From assembly GCA_951406725.2 (NCBI GenBank), contig OX597815.1, positions 178,932,001 to 178,996,000 of the forward strand: a stretch of 64,000 bases of DNA, given 5' to 3'. Below the pieces are notes generated by a model. The model searched no databases. It had not been told where the DNA came from and saw nothing but the letters and a program-made list of their open reading frames with translations. Origin of the DNA: Octopus vulgaris (lineage: Eukaryota). A program made the translations under genes and the position numbers. Of the stretch, positions 52,061 to 64,000 are shown piece by piece (positions within the stretch are counted from its first letter, which is position 1; every line of letters begins with the position of its first letter).

Positions 52061-54421
52061 ATAATTATCCAAAGTTCTGACTATCGCCTTTTTCTTTTGA
52101 CATACATACATACATACATACATATATACGTACGTGTGTGCGTGTGTTCTGTGCCTCTATTTGGCCCCCTACCATAACTTGACAACTGGTGTTGACGTGT
52201 TTATGACCGTATTTTGACGGTGAAGTTGCAAAGAATATAACTGTTGTTGCAGTGTTAGATAAAGGAAGATAAAAAAAACCCCACCCAACCCTGCCACAGT
52301 ACTTTAGAAAGAAGGTGTTGTAGCATAGCCTCAGCCTCAGGCTGAAACCAATAAATGATAAGAGATAAACGGAGAGCACGAATACTAGTTTCACAGCAAA
52401 CTAGCAAAGAACTTGATGCAAATTGTAAATTGATTGAAAGAATTCTATTGTGTTCGTTTTAATTCTTGACGACTCAACACACACGCACAGAGGATAGCAG
52501 CTCACAACTGACAGTATTCACGTTTTTACTGATGTAATTTAAAAACAGAAATAAAGGAAAATGAAAAAAATAAAAATAGATTCAGTTAAGCAAAAGGAAA
52601 CCACTTGATACATATTTTGGAATTATTTACCTTGTGTGGCTTCACGTTCAGGCACACACAGGATTTTGTCATATTTTCTCTTTGAAAATTTTTCAAGATT
52701 CCTTTCTTCTCTTAATTCATCTTTTAATATAATTTCCTTTCCATTTTATTATTTCTTTGCATTCGTATATTTATTAATGTCCACCGCTTATTTATAATTG
52801 CACACCTTCTGTATGTTTTGCATATCTTTTTATGATTTTTATATATTGTAGGCTCAGGCGTTCTTGCGGTGGTAAGAAGTTTGCTTCTCGACCACATCGT
52901 CCCGGGTTCAATTGCAATGCTTGACGCCTTGAGCAAGTGTCAACTGCTATAGCCCCCAAACCGACCACAAGCCTTGTGAGTGGATTTATTGGACGGAAAC
53001 TGAAAGAAGCCCGTCGAATATGTGTGTTTGTGTGTAATTAACCGGTGTTGGTGTTTACGTCCCCGTAACAGCGGTTCGGTCAAAAAGCCCGATAGAATAC
53101 GTGCCAAGTTACAAAAGTCCTGGGGTAAATTCACTCGACTAAAATTTCTTCAAGGCGGTGCTACAGCATGGCCGCAGTCTAATGACTGAAACAAGATGTA
53201 TGTATGTATGTATGTATGTATGTCAATATCATCGACCTCAGTGCATAACTGGAACTTAATTTATCGACCCCGGAAGGATGAAAGGCAAAGTCAACCTCGG
53301 TGGAATTTGAACTCAGAACGTAAAGACGGACGAAATGCTGCTAAGCATTTTGATTGGCGTGCTAACCATTCTGCCAGCTCGCAGCAGCAGCAGGCGCAGG
53401 AGCAACAACAACAACAACAATAATAATGGTTTCAAATTTTGCTACGAGGGCAGCCATTTTGGGAGAGTGGATGAGTCGATTACATCGACCCAGCGTTTAA
53501 CTGGCACTTATTTTATCGTCCCTGAAAGGATGAAAGGCAAAGTCGACTTCGGCGGAATTTGAACTCAGAACGTATCGGCAGACGAAATACCGCTAAGCAT
53601 ATTGCTTGGCGTGCTAACGTTTCTGCCAGCTCATCGCCTTGCTGCTGCTGCTACTACTACTACTATATATAATAATAATGGTTTCATTTATTTGTCTCAA
53701 GGGCGAAGGACGAGGGGGACAATACAGACAGACAGACATAAATTGTTGGGGGTTTACATATTTTTTTTGTTGTTTTTTTTGTACTTGTTTCAGTCATTTG
53801 ACTGCGGCCATGCTGGAGCACCGCCTTTTAGAGTGGTGAAAGAGTACAGCAGGGATCACCACCATCCCCTGCCGGAGCCTCGTGGAGCTTTTAGGTGTTT
53901 TGGCTCAATAAACACACACAACGCCCGGTCTGGGAATCGAAACCGCGATCCTCCGACCGCAAGTCCGCTGCCCTAACCACTGGGCCATATATAATTAAAT
54001 GATATGAAAAAAGACCTAAGAGGAATAACTCAAAGAACCATTAACATAACTTGGAAACCCGAGTGAACTGATAATGCACTGATTGCCGCACGTGGTGCCT
54101 CCCTAATTTATTGAAGTTGGGAAATAGAAGACAAATTCCTGGGGGTAATTGCTAATGACCCTCAATGCGAAATGGAGATAATGTCGAGTTAAGAATAAAT
54201 TTCTAAATTATCGCTCGGTTTCTTTTGGATAGCAAACAGCCTTCGATTTTATTACGGTGCAAATAGCTGCAGTGCTATAAAACTCAAAAGCACATTTGCA
54301 TCCCTTAATTAGTGAATAAAAATCACATCTCACTTTGCCAAAGGTAATGAATTCTTCCAACTTGTTGAATCTTCACCCAGAAACATATCTCTCTCCATGT
54401 ATGTGTGTACATATATATTTA

Positions 54422-54477
<56 letters not shown>

Positions 54478-54487
54478 TACATACATA

Positions 54488-54693
54488 CAGTAATCCCTCG
54501 CCATATCGCGGTTCACTTATCACACACTCAGTACATCGCGGATTGTTCTGGCTAATATATGTAAATTTATATCGCGGACTCCTCAGTATATCATGGGTTT
54601 CTGCGGCCGATAGGTATTTATATTTTCTTAGATTTTAATTATTTCTGTGGGAGGTTTTGGAACGTAACACACGCGATAGCCGAGTGATTACTC
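54488..54693. mobile_element. pogo/Tigger-like MITE
   Basis: TA|CAGTAATCCCTCGCCATATCGCG terminus with degenerate partner; internally deleted 81-bp sibling at 59809-59889. Confidence 0.7.
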
Positions 54694-54750
54694 TGTGTGT
54701 GTGTGTGTGTGTGTGTGCGTGTGTGTGTGAATATATATATATTTTCTATA

Positions 54751-55643
54751 GTTTCAGCTCAGAGCTGCGGCCATGCTGATGCACCATCGTTTTGCTACAC
54801 TGTTATTACTGAGTCTCCTCCAATATGTCGCACTTGGTGAAGAATGGAGTTTGATATAGCTACCCTCATTTGCAACTCTTGCCTTGATGTAGGTTCATCT
54901 GGGACTCTCGACAGGAAGAGATCCAGCTTTAATTTAAAAACGCCTATATTTACTTTGTGCAGGTTCCTCAGGCTAATTGGGAGAATATTAAAAAGTTGTG
55001 GGCCCTTGAAACCCAGGCCGTTGCAGTAATTGGTCCTGAAGCGCGATGCATTGCTGGGGTCTTTGGTACTATGCAGTGTTGTCCCGTTCTGGAATTGGTG
55101 TAGCTTTCAATGCCAAAATTTGGCACAATTCCTTCCAGGATCTTCGAGATGTATATTACTGTATACATCTCCCGCCTTCTCTCCAGGGAGTAGAGTCTTA
55201 GCTGTTTCAGCCTTTCCCAGTAGCTGAGCTGTTCCAAAGAGACGATCTTCTTTGTGAATCTTCTCTGGATTACTCCAAGGTCCGTGTTAATTTCACACTG
55301 TTGGGTGACCATAGCTATAATCAGTAATCCAGGCGGCTGAGGACGAATATCCTCCAGAGGACCATCATAGTTTCCTTATATCTGGCTCTGAATGTTCTCA
55401 GGATACATTCATCTAGTCGTCTGCACTTTGTTGCCATCCTGGTAATGTGCACCTGGAAAGAGGAATCATCGCTCATGTCGATACCCAGGTCCCTCACTGA
55501 TTTAGGCTCTGGGATTGAAATTCGCTGTGGACCAGTGTACTCTGCAAGTTTCATATTCAGGTTTGGACGCTGATAGCGCAGGGGTTGTAATTTTTCAACA
55601 GTAAACTGCATATTATTATCCTCAGTCCATCTGTAAATTGAGT

Positions 55644-55645
<2 letters not shown>
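54751..55645 (-). mobile_element. CR1-group LINE 3' fragment (RT thumb to tail)
   Basis: [69 protein letters not shown]; frameshifts. Confidence 0.9.
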
Positions 55646-55717
<72 letters not shown>

Positions 55718-56770
55718 GTCTATATATGTGTGTGTGTGTGTGTGTGCGCGTGCTTGTGTGTGCGAGTCAGTGTGCAGGCATGGCTATGCGGTTAGGAAGT
55801 TTTTTCATTCAGAATGTCAGGTGGGAATTTATTCACATAGCCAAGTAAACCAATTATTATCGGCATAAATGTAGATTTGCAAACAAGATATGGAAGCTGG
55901 ACATTTTGAAGAATCAGCTGTATGTATGTATGTATGTATGTACGTATGTACGTATGTCTGGCCACTTTTCGTGCTATTGAAAACATGTAACCCAGCACAA
56001 CGTATTTCATGATCAGAGGATGAGCTTTGCTGGACACTCTACCAGACGAAAATCAAAATCTATGAAAAGGCGGATGAACTGTGCAGAGAACTGTTATCCA
56101 AAGGCTGTAAAATCACCGCAAGTGAAGGATCCCTCGCTGCTGTCAAAGCATCATTCTTAAAGATGGACGCTCTAATGTAAAACCTGTGATTTCCCTTGAT
56201 TACTGGTCACCTCATCCCTATGGACTAGGTCCTAATCGCAAAAACTCCAAGTGTGGAACTCATCTGAGACAAGGTTTTATCACTACAATCCGATAACATA
56301 CGGATGTCTCTGGTGACCTCATTTGTCCTGCCATCTACTGGAAGCCCTGGAAGAGTAGCAACTTGTGCAGACCTAATCAGGCAAACTGATTTGAGAGGTC
56401 ATGGACAGAAAGCCAGAAATGCCATCGACAACGGGGCAGCACAAAGAAACAGCAACCATCTGTGAAGATGAGTTAATCTCCAGGTGTGTATGTCTGCAAC
56501 ACACAGTGGTCGGTTGAAATGGCTTGTATTCACTCTCCGGGATCAAGCGAGTTACTGCTTAACTCCAGATCGATTTTGATCGAGAAAAAAAATTAAACCA
56601 AAGTCACTCAAGCAATACCTATCCAAACCTTTTGCAAGCATACATTATCGAATGGTCCCTCTTTTAAGACATGTGGTTTGAAAGCGACGTGGTATCTATT
56701 TCTGAAAGATCGATTGATCGTATGGAGGATTTTTATTTATTTATTTAACGAAACTATTATGTATGTATAA

Positions 56771-57001
56771 GGCGACGAGCTGGCAGAAACGTTAGCACGC
56801 CGGGCGAAATGCGTAGCCGTATTTCGTCTGCCGTTACGTTCTGAGTTCAAATTCCGCCGAGGTCGACTTTGCCTTTCATCCTTTCGGGGTCGATAAATTA
56901 AGTACCAGTTACGCACTGGAGTCGATGTAATCGACTTTATCCGTTTGTCTGTCCTTGTTTGTCCCCTCTGTATTTAGCCCCTTGTGGGTAGTAAAGAAAT
57001 A
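56771..57001 (+). mobile_element. SINE family B, young copy
   Basis: 16-bp perfect TSD TATTATGTATGTATAA (56755-56770 / 57002-57017). Confidence 0.95.
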
Positions 57002-57690
57002 TATTATGTATGTATAATACATGCGTTGCATGTATACACACAATATACACAATATATGCATGCCTATATACAGATATGCATTCTTGTGTGTGTGTGTGTG
57101 TGTGCTTGCAGATGTAACTTATGTTGATTACTATTTAGAAACAAACAAGACAAAAATATTTTTTTTTAAAATAGAGATAAAATAGTTTTATGAAGCTAAT
57201 AAAATGCAAGTTAGAAATAATGGAATAACAACACGAGCTAAACTAGTCAAAAGTTTACATTTTATTTTAGCATTTCGGGAGTTGAAACCCTTTTATTAAC
57301 TGAAAATGGAGCATGGAGACACGTTGGTATCTACAAAAGATAGCAACTCGCCACTATTTCCTTTATTGTTTTGGTAATGGGCTTTTAACCCCGAAATATT
57401 TCAATATAAAGTGTAAGCGGCTTTGTTAGTTCCTTTATTTCAAACTTTTATTGTACTGGATTCCTAGATCAATTTCATACGCGCGTGCGCGTGTGTATAT
57501 GCGTGTATGCACGCGCGTATGGGTATGTGTGTGTATGTATGGGTGTGGGTGAATGTGTGAGTATAATTGTGTGTGTATATATATGTATATATATATATAT
57601 ATATATAGGAAGAATGTAAGAAATATATATATAAATGTGCATATCAAAATGGATATGTTTTTGTATATAAAACATTGTGTGTGTGTGTGT

Positions 57691-57745
<55 letters not shown>

Positions 57746-57857
57746 AGTTTGGATATATAAAAATATACATACTACATCGTATATGGGTTAGCCTTTTAAC
57801 CCAACGTATATTAATATTGATATAAACAGTAAAAATAGTGAGAATAGTAATAATAAT

Positions 57858-57911
<54 letters not shown>

Positions 57912-58169
57912 AAGACAATATAAACTACCTTGTTGGTGGGTACATAGAAGAATATGTGTAAGGGGTGTAGAATATATTTAAGGGGACGGGGCTAAGGATA
58001 CCTACCAACTTATTTTTTTAAATTCTTACAAAGAGGCATATAAAAACTAGACGCTAATAAATTAATTTAAAATTGAGGCCGATTCTAGGGTTTAGGGGAG
58101 CCAGTATTTTTGTCACGAGAGACGGAGGATAATTCGGATTCTTCACAGAAACAAAGAAACAGTGGATAA

Positions 58170-58560
58170 GTATGGAAGTGGCTGTGTGGTAAGTAGCTTG
58201 TTTACCAACCACATGGTTCCGGGTTCAGTCCCACTGCGTGGCACCTTGGGCAAGTGTCTTCTGCTATAGCCTCGGGCCGACCAAAGCCTTGTGAGTGGAT
58301 TTGGTAGACGGAAACTGAAAGAAGCCCGTCGTATATGTGTGTGTGTTTGTGTTTCTGTGTTTGTCCCCCCAACATCGCTTGACAACCGATGCTGGTGTGT
58401 TTACGTCTCCGTTACTTAGCGGTTCGGCTAAAGAGACCGATAGAATAAGTACTGGGCTTACAAAAGAATAAGTCCTGGGGCCGAGTTGCTCGATTAAAGG
58501 CGGTGCTCCAGCATGGCCGCAGTCAAATGACAAACAAGTAAAAGAGTAAAAGAGTAAAAA
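58170..58560 (+). mobile_element. SINE family A, near-consensus copy
   Basis: Full head-to-tail organisation. Confidence 0.9.
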
Positions 58561-58564
58561 GAGA

Positions 58565-58950
58565 GTATCTTACAAACAATAACTCTGAGCACCTTTTCAA
58601 ACTCCACCTGTCTAACACCCGTGGACATGTTTACAAAGTCAGAAAACAGCACAGCTCCCATGACTTTCGGAAACATTTTTTCACGCTAAGAGTTGCTGAA
58701 GCATGGAACAAACTGCCGGCATCAGTTGTTAGTTGTCGGAGCACTGCATCCTTCAAAACTTCCATGCTTCCTGAGATTCGCCAACACTACACCTGATTTT
58801 CTCCCCTCCATACACACACAAGCATGTATCTGACTCATACACTGTTCACTTTCCAGACATTTGTACATTACTGCATATGCTTTATACGTACTTTTTGACA
58901 AGTTGTGGTGCACCTGAGCACTGTATACAATAATTTCATTATTTTTATTA
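58565..58950 (+). mobile_element. CR1-group LINE 3' end (second family)
   Basis: HLSNTRGHVYKV...FRKHFF / TLRVAEAWNKLPASVV...ASFK (one frameshift in the T run); 3' UTR ends in an ATT-rich tail. Confidence 0.8.
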
Positions 58951-59394
58951 TTTTAAATGCTCAGTCTTCCTTATTTTCATCACTTTACTGTGTCTAAATG
59001 CTTAAATTTATTCTTCATTCTGTTAAGCACTTTCTTCCTCATAATCAGACGATGAAGATAGAATTGTAATTTATTGTCATCCTGACGCTTTTTTGTCTAT
59101 TTCTGAATTTTGATTATAATTGTATTTTGTCTGTCACTACGTCTATCGGTTTAGTTTTGTTTGTAAATTGCTGAAAATGACACACTGCTCTGGGTTTGCA
59201 TTATCACATTGGGTGAAGTGATGGCAGGCTCAAACATAGAACTTATTTAAACAATCACCTGAAGAATCGCATTTTACACCTTGGTTGGATGATAATGATT
59301 ACACAACATCTCACCGGTAAAAATATGTTGAAGCAATTGTAGGTATTTTAAATAGAGGATGTCGCTTATTACATTTTCTATCATTTATCTATGT

Positions 59395-59785
59395 GGGACT
59401 TGGAAGCACTCCGTCGGTTACGTCGATGAGGGTTCCGGTTGATCCGAATCAACGGAACAGCCTGCTCGTGAAATTAACGTGTAAGTGGTTGAGCACTCCA
59501 CAGACACGTGTACTCTTAACGTAGTTCTCGGGGATATTCAGCGTGACACAGAGAGTGACAAGGCCGGCCCCTTGAAATACAGGTACAACAGAAACAGGAA
59601 GTAAGAGTGAGAGAAAGTTGTGGTGAAAGAGTACAGCAGGGATCACCACCATCCCCTGCCGGAGCCTCGTGGAGCTTTAGGTGTTTTCGCTCAATAAACA
59701 CACACAACGCCCGGTCTGGGAATCGAAACCGGAATCCTATGACCGCGAGTCCGCTGCCCTAACCGCTGGGCCATTGCGCCTCCAC
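59395..59785 (-). mobile_element. SINE family C, full young copy
   Basis: 14-bp TSD TCATTTATCTATGT (59381-59394 / 59786-59799); tRNA-Arg-like head. Confidence 0.9.
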
Positions 59786-59808
59786 TCATTTATCTATGTA
59801 TGTATATA

Positions 59809-59886
59809 CAGTAATCCCTCGCCACATCGCGGTTTAACTATCGCGGGGTGTTTTGGAACGTAACACTCGCGATAGTTGATGGATTA

Positions 59887-59889
<3 letters not shown>
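59809..59889. mobile_element. Miniature pogo/Tigger-like MITE
   Basis: TA|CAGTAATCC...GGATTACTG|TA. Confidence 0.75.
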
Positions 59890-59947
<58 letters not shown>

Positions 59948-59989
59948 AAAAATAACAACTAAATGAGTGGAAATCGAACCGGTGAGTGA

Positions 59990-60032
<43 letters not shown>

Positions 60033-60038
<6 letters not shown>

Positions 60039-60242
60039 ATCCAAACATTAAAACACAAAGAGAAAACACAACAACGCGAGGACGTGGAACAAGTAAAGTG
60101 TTATTGGACGCTCAGGAAAGGAAAGAAAGAAAAAGGATTTTAACGTTTCGAGCGGAGCTCTTCGTCAGAAACATAGAAGAAGGAAAAATCCAAGTAAGGG
60201 AAGACGGAGAAAGAAAATCGCCAACGATACACACGCGGTCAC
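60033..60242 (-). mobile_element. Penelope-type terminal repeat/short element (third hammerhead family)
   Basis: Truncated sister copy at ~51357-51450, both abutting (TA)n; contains a hammerhead motif. Confidence 0.6.
60138..60172 (-). ncRNA. Minimal hammerhead ribozyme motif
   Basis: UUU-CUGACGA(A)-GAGC(UCC)GCUC-GAAA-CG-UU-AAA; same AACGUU palindrome as the motif at 47195. Confidence 0.65.
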
Positions 60243-60414
60243 ACACACACACGTATATATGTCTATATGTTCGCATTTCCATGTAATGTTATAACAATGT
60301 TGGTGATGGGCTGTCGATATGGAAATCATCCCACACGTATATCTACATACAATTACTACATAAATACACCCATACTTATTTATGTATGTATGTATGTATG
60401 CATATATATATGCA

Positions 60415-60448
<34 letters not shown>

Positions 60449-63400
60449 CATGCTCTGCTATTTTAATATTTTGCATATCGATTTTATTTATCGACTCAAG
60501 AAGGACGACAGATAAAACTGATCCGAGTCAGGATTTGTACTCGAAATCTTTTCGTCAAAAACTGATTATTCACGTGCATTTAATTTGGCGCTTTACCATT
60601 TGTGGTCAACGAAATATCGAATGATATCGATCTGCTTCAAATATATCAAAATGCAGTATATTTTACGAGATGTTGGATGTTGTCACGTCCATTTCTTTTT
60701 CTATAGTATAAACTGCACATGTCAGGTGGTATAGATTTGATCGGGAGGCGGGGTTTGTCACTAAGTCGCGGTCTTGGCTTCTCAAGAGCTTTATATATTT
60801 ACATCGATTAAATATTGATTTTTTTTTCACACAAGACTCAATAATAATAATCACTTTAGCATAAGAAAAATATCCACAAATCATGTTATTGGAATGAAGT
60901 GGGGAAGAATTGTCGTTTAAATCGATCCAAGTTCTTAACGGATTTTCATTCTATTGACCATTCCGAAGAATGAAAAGCAGTCTTTTACCTTTTACCTTAT
61001 TCCAGTCATTAGATTGCGGCCATGCTGGGGAATCCATTTGAGGAACTTTTTATCGAACGAATCGACTCCAGTACTTATTTTCTTTAAAGCCTGGTACTTA
61101 GCAGTTTGGCAAAAGAGACCGATAGACTAAGTTACGGGAAGATTAACACGCCAACACTGGTTATCAAGCGGTGGCGAGGGACAAACACACTGGTTGTCAA
61201 GCGGTGGCGAGGGACAAACACACACACACAGAGTTGAAGACACTTGCCCAAGGTGCTGTGCTGTGGAACTGAACCCGGAACCATATGGTTGGGAAGCAGA
61301 ACTCTTACCACACAGTCATAGCAATGTCGGAGTCCAGCGAGATTGCTTTCTTTTCTTTCACAGTGCATTTTGTAAACAATATCGTTGTTGGCCAACAATG
61401 CCTGACAGGTTAATCACTTGTGCATTGTATTTCTGACGCAAATATTTAACTGAAAAAAGTGTCATTGCAAAGTTATGCTTGCACCTATTGACTCCTAAAC
61501 AAGATTTGAATTCGGAACGTAAATAGTGCAAGACATTTCACAAACTGATACACAACTGTTTCAGTCAATATACAGTTATATATATATACACTCACACACA
61601 TATATGCATACATATATATATATATGGATTCGGTACAATCATCATATTTCAATTTTATGCTCGTAATTACTGGAACGAAAGGACCTGTACCAACCAGCCT
61701 GGGTCAAAGAATGGGTGAACTTAGATTCCTGGAGAAAAAAGTTGAGCCATCATTTATACATATCAGATAATCACGAAGTAGTGGAGTATCCATGCCTTCG
61801 CTTTCTATTGTGGGTAGAAGGTTTTCAACTGGTTGACATCACCACATATTTGATACAGGGTTTTCTATTATTTACCATGACGCAGATTCAGTCTCATTCA
61901 GCGCTGAATTAGATCCGGGATCTTTTTCAGGTGTTCTGGATTCACCTGTCATAACAGCCTCAGTCCTTTTCCGGATAAATTTTCTTGCCTATAATATTTT
62001 ACGCCCAGGAGAGTGTCACTTCCTTCCAGGATAACGCACTCTATAACCCACCAGATGTCTAGCACTGATGGCACACCAGATGTCTTTACCCTAGTTATTT
62101 AGCTCCCTTGGTTTGTTGGAAAGAAGACAAATTCCTCACTTCTTCAAGGGACAACAAAATGTTTTACTGCGAAGGCTTGACTGAGAAATTGTACTTTGCC
62201 GGCGCTGACTTTTCGGACCCTAGTTATGTAATCTACATTGGCCTATTTTTCACCCAAGTACTTTTCCATTTGGCGATGTATAGGCATTTACGTGTCGATT
62301 TTTCAGTGAGACACATTTTAAAACTCTTGTTTGTCTGTAGTGGGCGGTCAGATTCGTAGTAGCGGTGGCGGTGTTAAAACTAGCAGCTATAGAAGCAGTA
62401 GTGATTAGTGATAGTAATGTAGGTGCTTTCTTTGTTGTCATATACTGCTTCGCGGCAGTAAATGAGATGGTGTTGCATTTATTGTCGAGATTCTCTGCTT
62501 TACATGCTGTTTCGTTCCTGTTGTTGCTGATGTCGGAATGGCGGTATTGTTGCTCTTACTGCTGCTGAGTCCTCTCGTGTTTTTTTTTTTAGGCTTTGTA
62601 TTTGAAGAGGGGGAAGTCTTCGTCCATTGATTGACTGGAGAGTTTTGCTTGCCTTTCAGATTTACCACCTACTTTTCCTTCCAGCTGGTTGATCTTTAAA
62701 GACGTCATGATCTTTAAGATTTGTGTTTTCCGAAAACTTCTGAATTTTGTCCAGGATTTTGTATTGAAAATTAAAAAATTAAATTTCAAACTTTTTGTTC
62801 CGAATGGGCAAGAAAACAAAAGAGCCAACCAACTTATTGTGCCCTTGGCTAGCTTAACAAGTAAATAACAAAGATCAGCAAATAAAACTTGTTTAGATAT
62901 GCGAATAGAGAAAATATATACAGAGCACAGTCGAGTACGTGTTGCTGATACATAAAACAACAACAATAAAACAGCAACAACTACGACAATAACAACAATA
63001 TATTTTCACTGATTCCCAAATGCTACCGAGTGCTTTGATTAATGTCAGCTCTGTGACTGACGTAAAGCGGATCTGCAGATCCGTTTAGTGCGAAGAATTC
63101 GTTTTAATGCATTAACTTTGGCTTCCTGCTTAACTTGAACTAATTCTTTGTAAATAAGATTACAGTTTTCTTAGATTTTCTTCTTTTTTTTTTTTACTTC
63201 AATATGAAAACCTGTGTTACATGTTATATCCGCGTCTTACTGCGCCCCCAATGAAACTAGTTTGATAAAGTTTTCGGTGTAACTGTTTCATTAAAATGGA
63301 TGCAAAAGCCAAGATATGCTGTGGGATAAATAAATTAAAAGATGATAAAGTAAAGAATGTACGAAAATAATTCCTAATTAATTGAAATCTTCCTTTTAGT

Positions 63401-64000
63401 TTGAGAGAGGAAAGACAAAAAACTTGGTCCTTGTTCGTGGCTCCCAAAACAAAAGGGGAGATAATTTCAAGGAATTAAGAATTAAATCCATCAATGCCAA
63501 TCTACGTGCCCGATGTTTCTTCATACAACGGGATATATCGATAGAGAAATCAATATTCATGAAGGATATAACAGCGGTTAAAAAACTAAAAATAATAACC
63601 AGGATGCATTTCTATTTTAGAATTGAAGTCTTCACAGTAATTTCATAAGATTAGCTACTACAGCTACTTAGAGTTTATATCAACGAATTACCGCAGATTA
63701 AGTGTAAGATAAATAAAAAGTTCAGGTTATTCATTGAGATCACTTTCTTATGACTAGATTGATATTAGGAATCTCTGAAATACGTTTTGCAGAACAGTTG
63801 TAAAAGAATTTTACAATTCAATGAATTGATTAATTGTAGAACGCATTCCAGATTCACATATGGAGTTATATACATTCTACTCATGATATTTTCTGCAACG
63901 AAAGCAGAATTGGAAGATCCGTGTTTTCTTAAAATGGAAAAGTATATAAAATAAAATACTAGAATTGGTAACACGTTTGTATTTATGTACATCACTGCTT

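Noticed and set aside
63068-63083. 16-bp perfect palindrome CGGATCTGCAGATCCG
   Set aside because: Isolated, with no supporting context; no function can be assigned.

Overview
Eukaryotic, AT-rich, repeat-dominated genomic DNA with very dense (TA)n/(CA)n microsatellites. The SINE repertoire and microsatellite load suggest an octopus/coleoid cephalopod (inference, not verified). Almost all ORFs in the supplied track are artefacts of microsatellites or SINEs. One host gene is supported: five phase-compatible GT-AG exons on + (4823-21197) encoding the ~270 C-terminal residues of a protein I do not recognise. The rest is transposon material: four recurrent SINE-like families, RTE and CR1-type LINE relics, a full-length Merlin element with perfect 8-bp TSD, a full-length Tc1 (DD34E), three mariner-type relics, non-autonomous Helitrons, piggyBac/hAT/pogo-type MITEs and a foldback element with TTAGGG repeats. 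The most interesting signal is a Penelope-like (PLE) module set: a GIY-YIG endonuclease fragment plus at least three unrelated short repeat families, each carrying a minimal type I hammerhead ribozyme motif. One of these has a tRNA-derived Pol III head, i.e. a candidate tRNA-headed, hammerhead-bearing SINE/retrozyme, present once singly and once as a head-to-head dimer inside a TSD. All structure calls were made by eye and are unconfirmed by computation.
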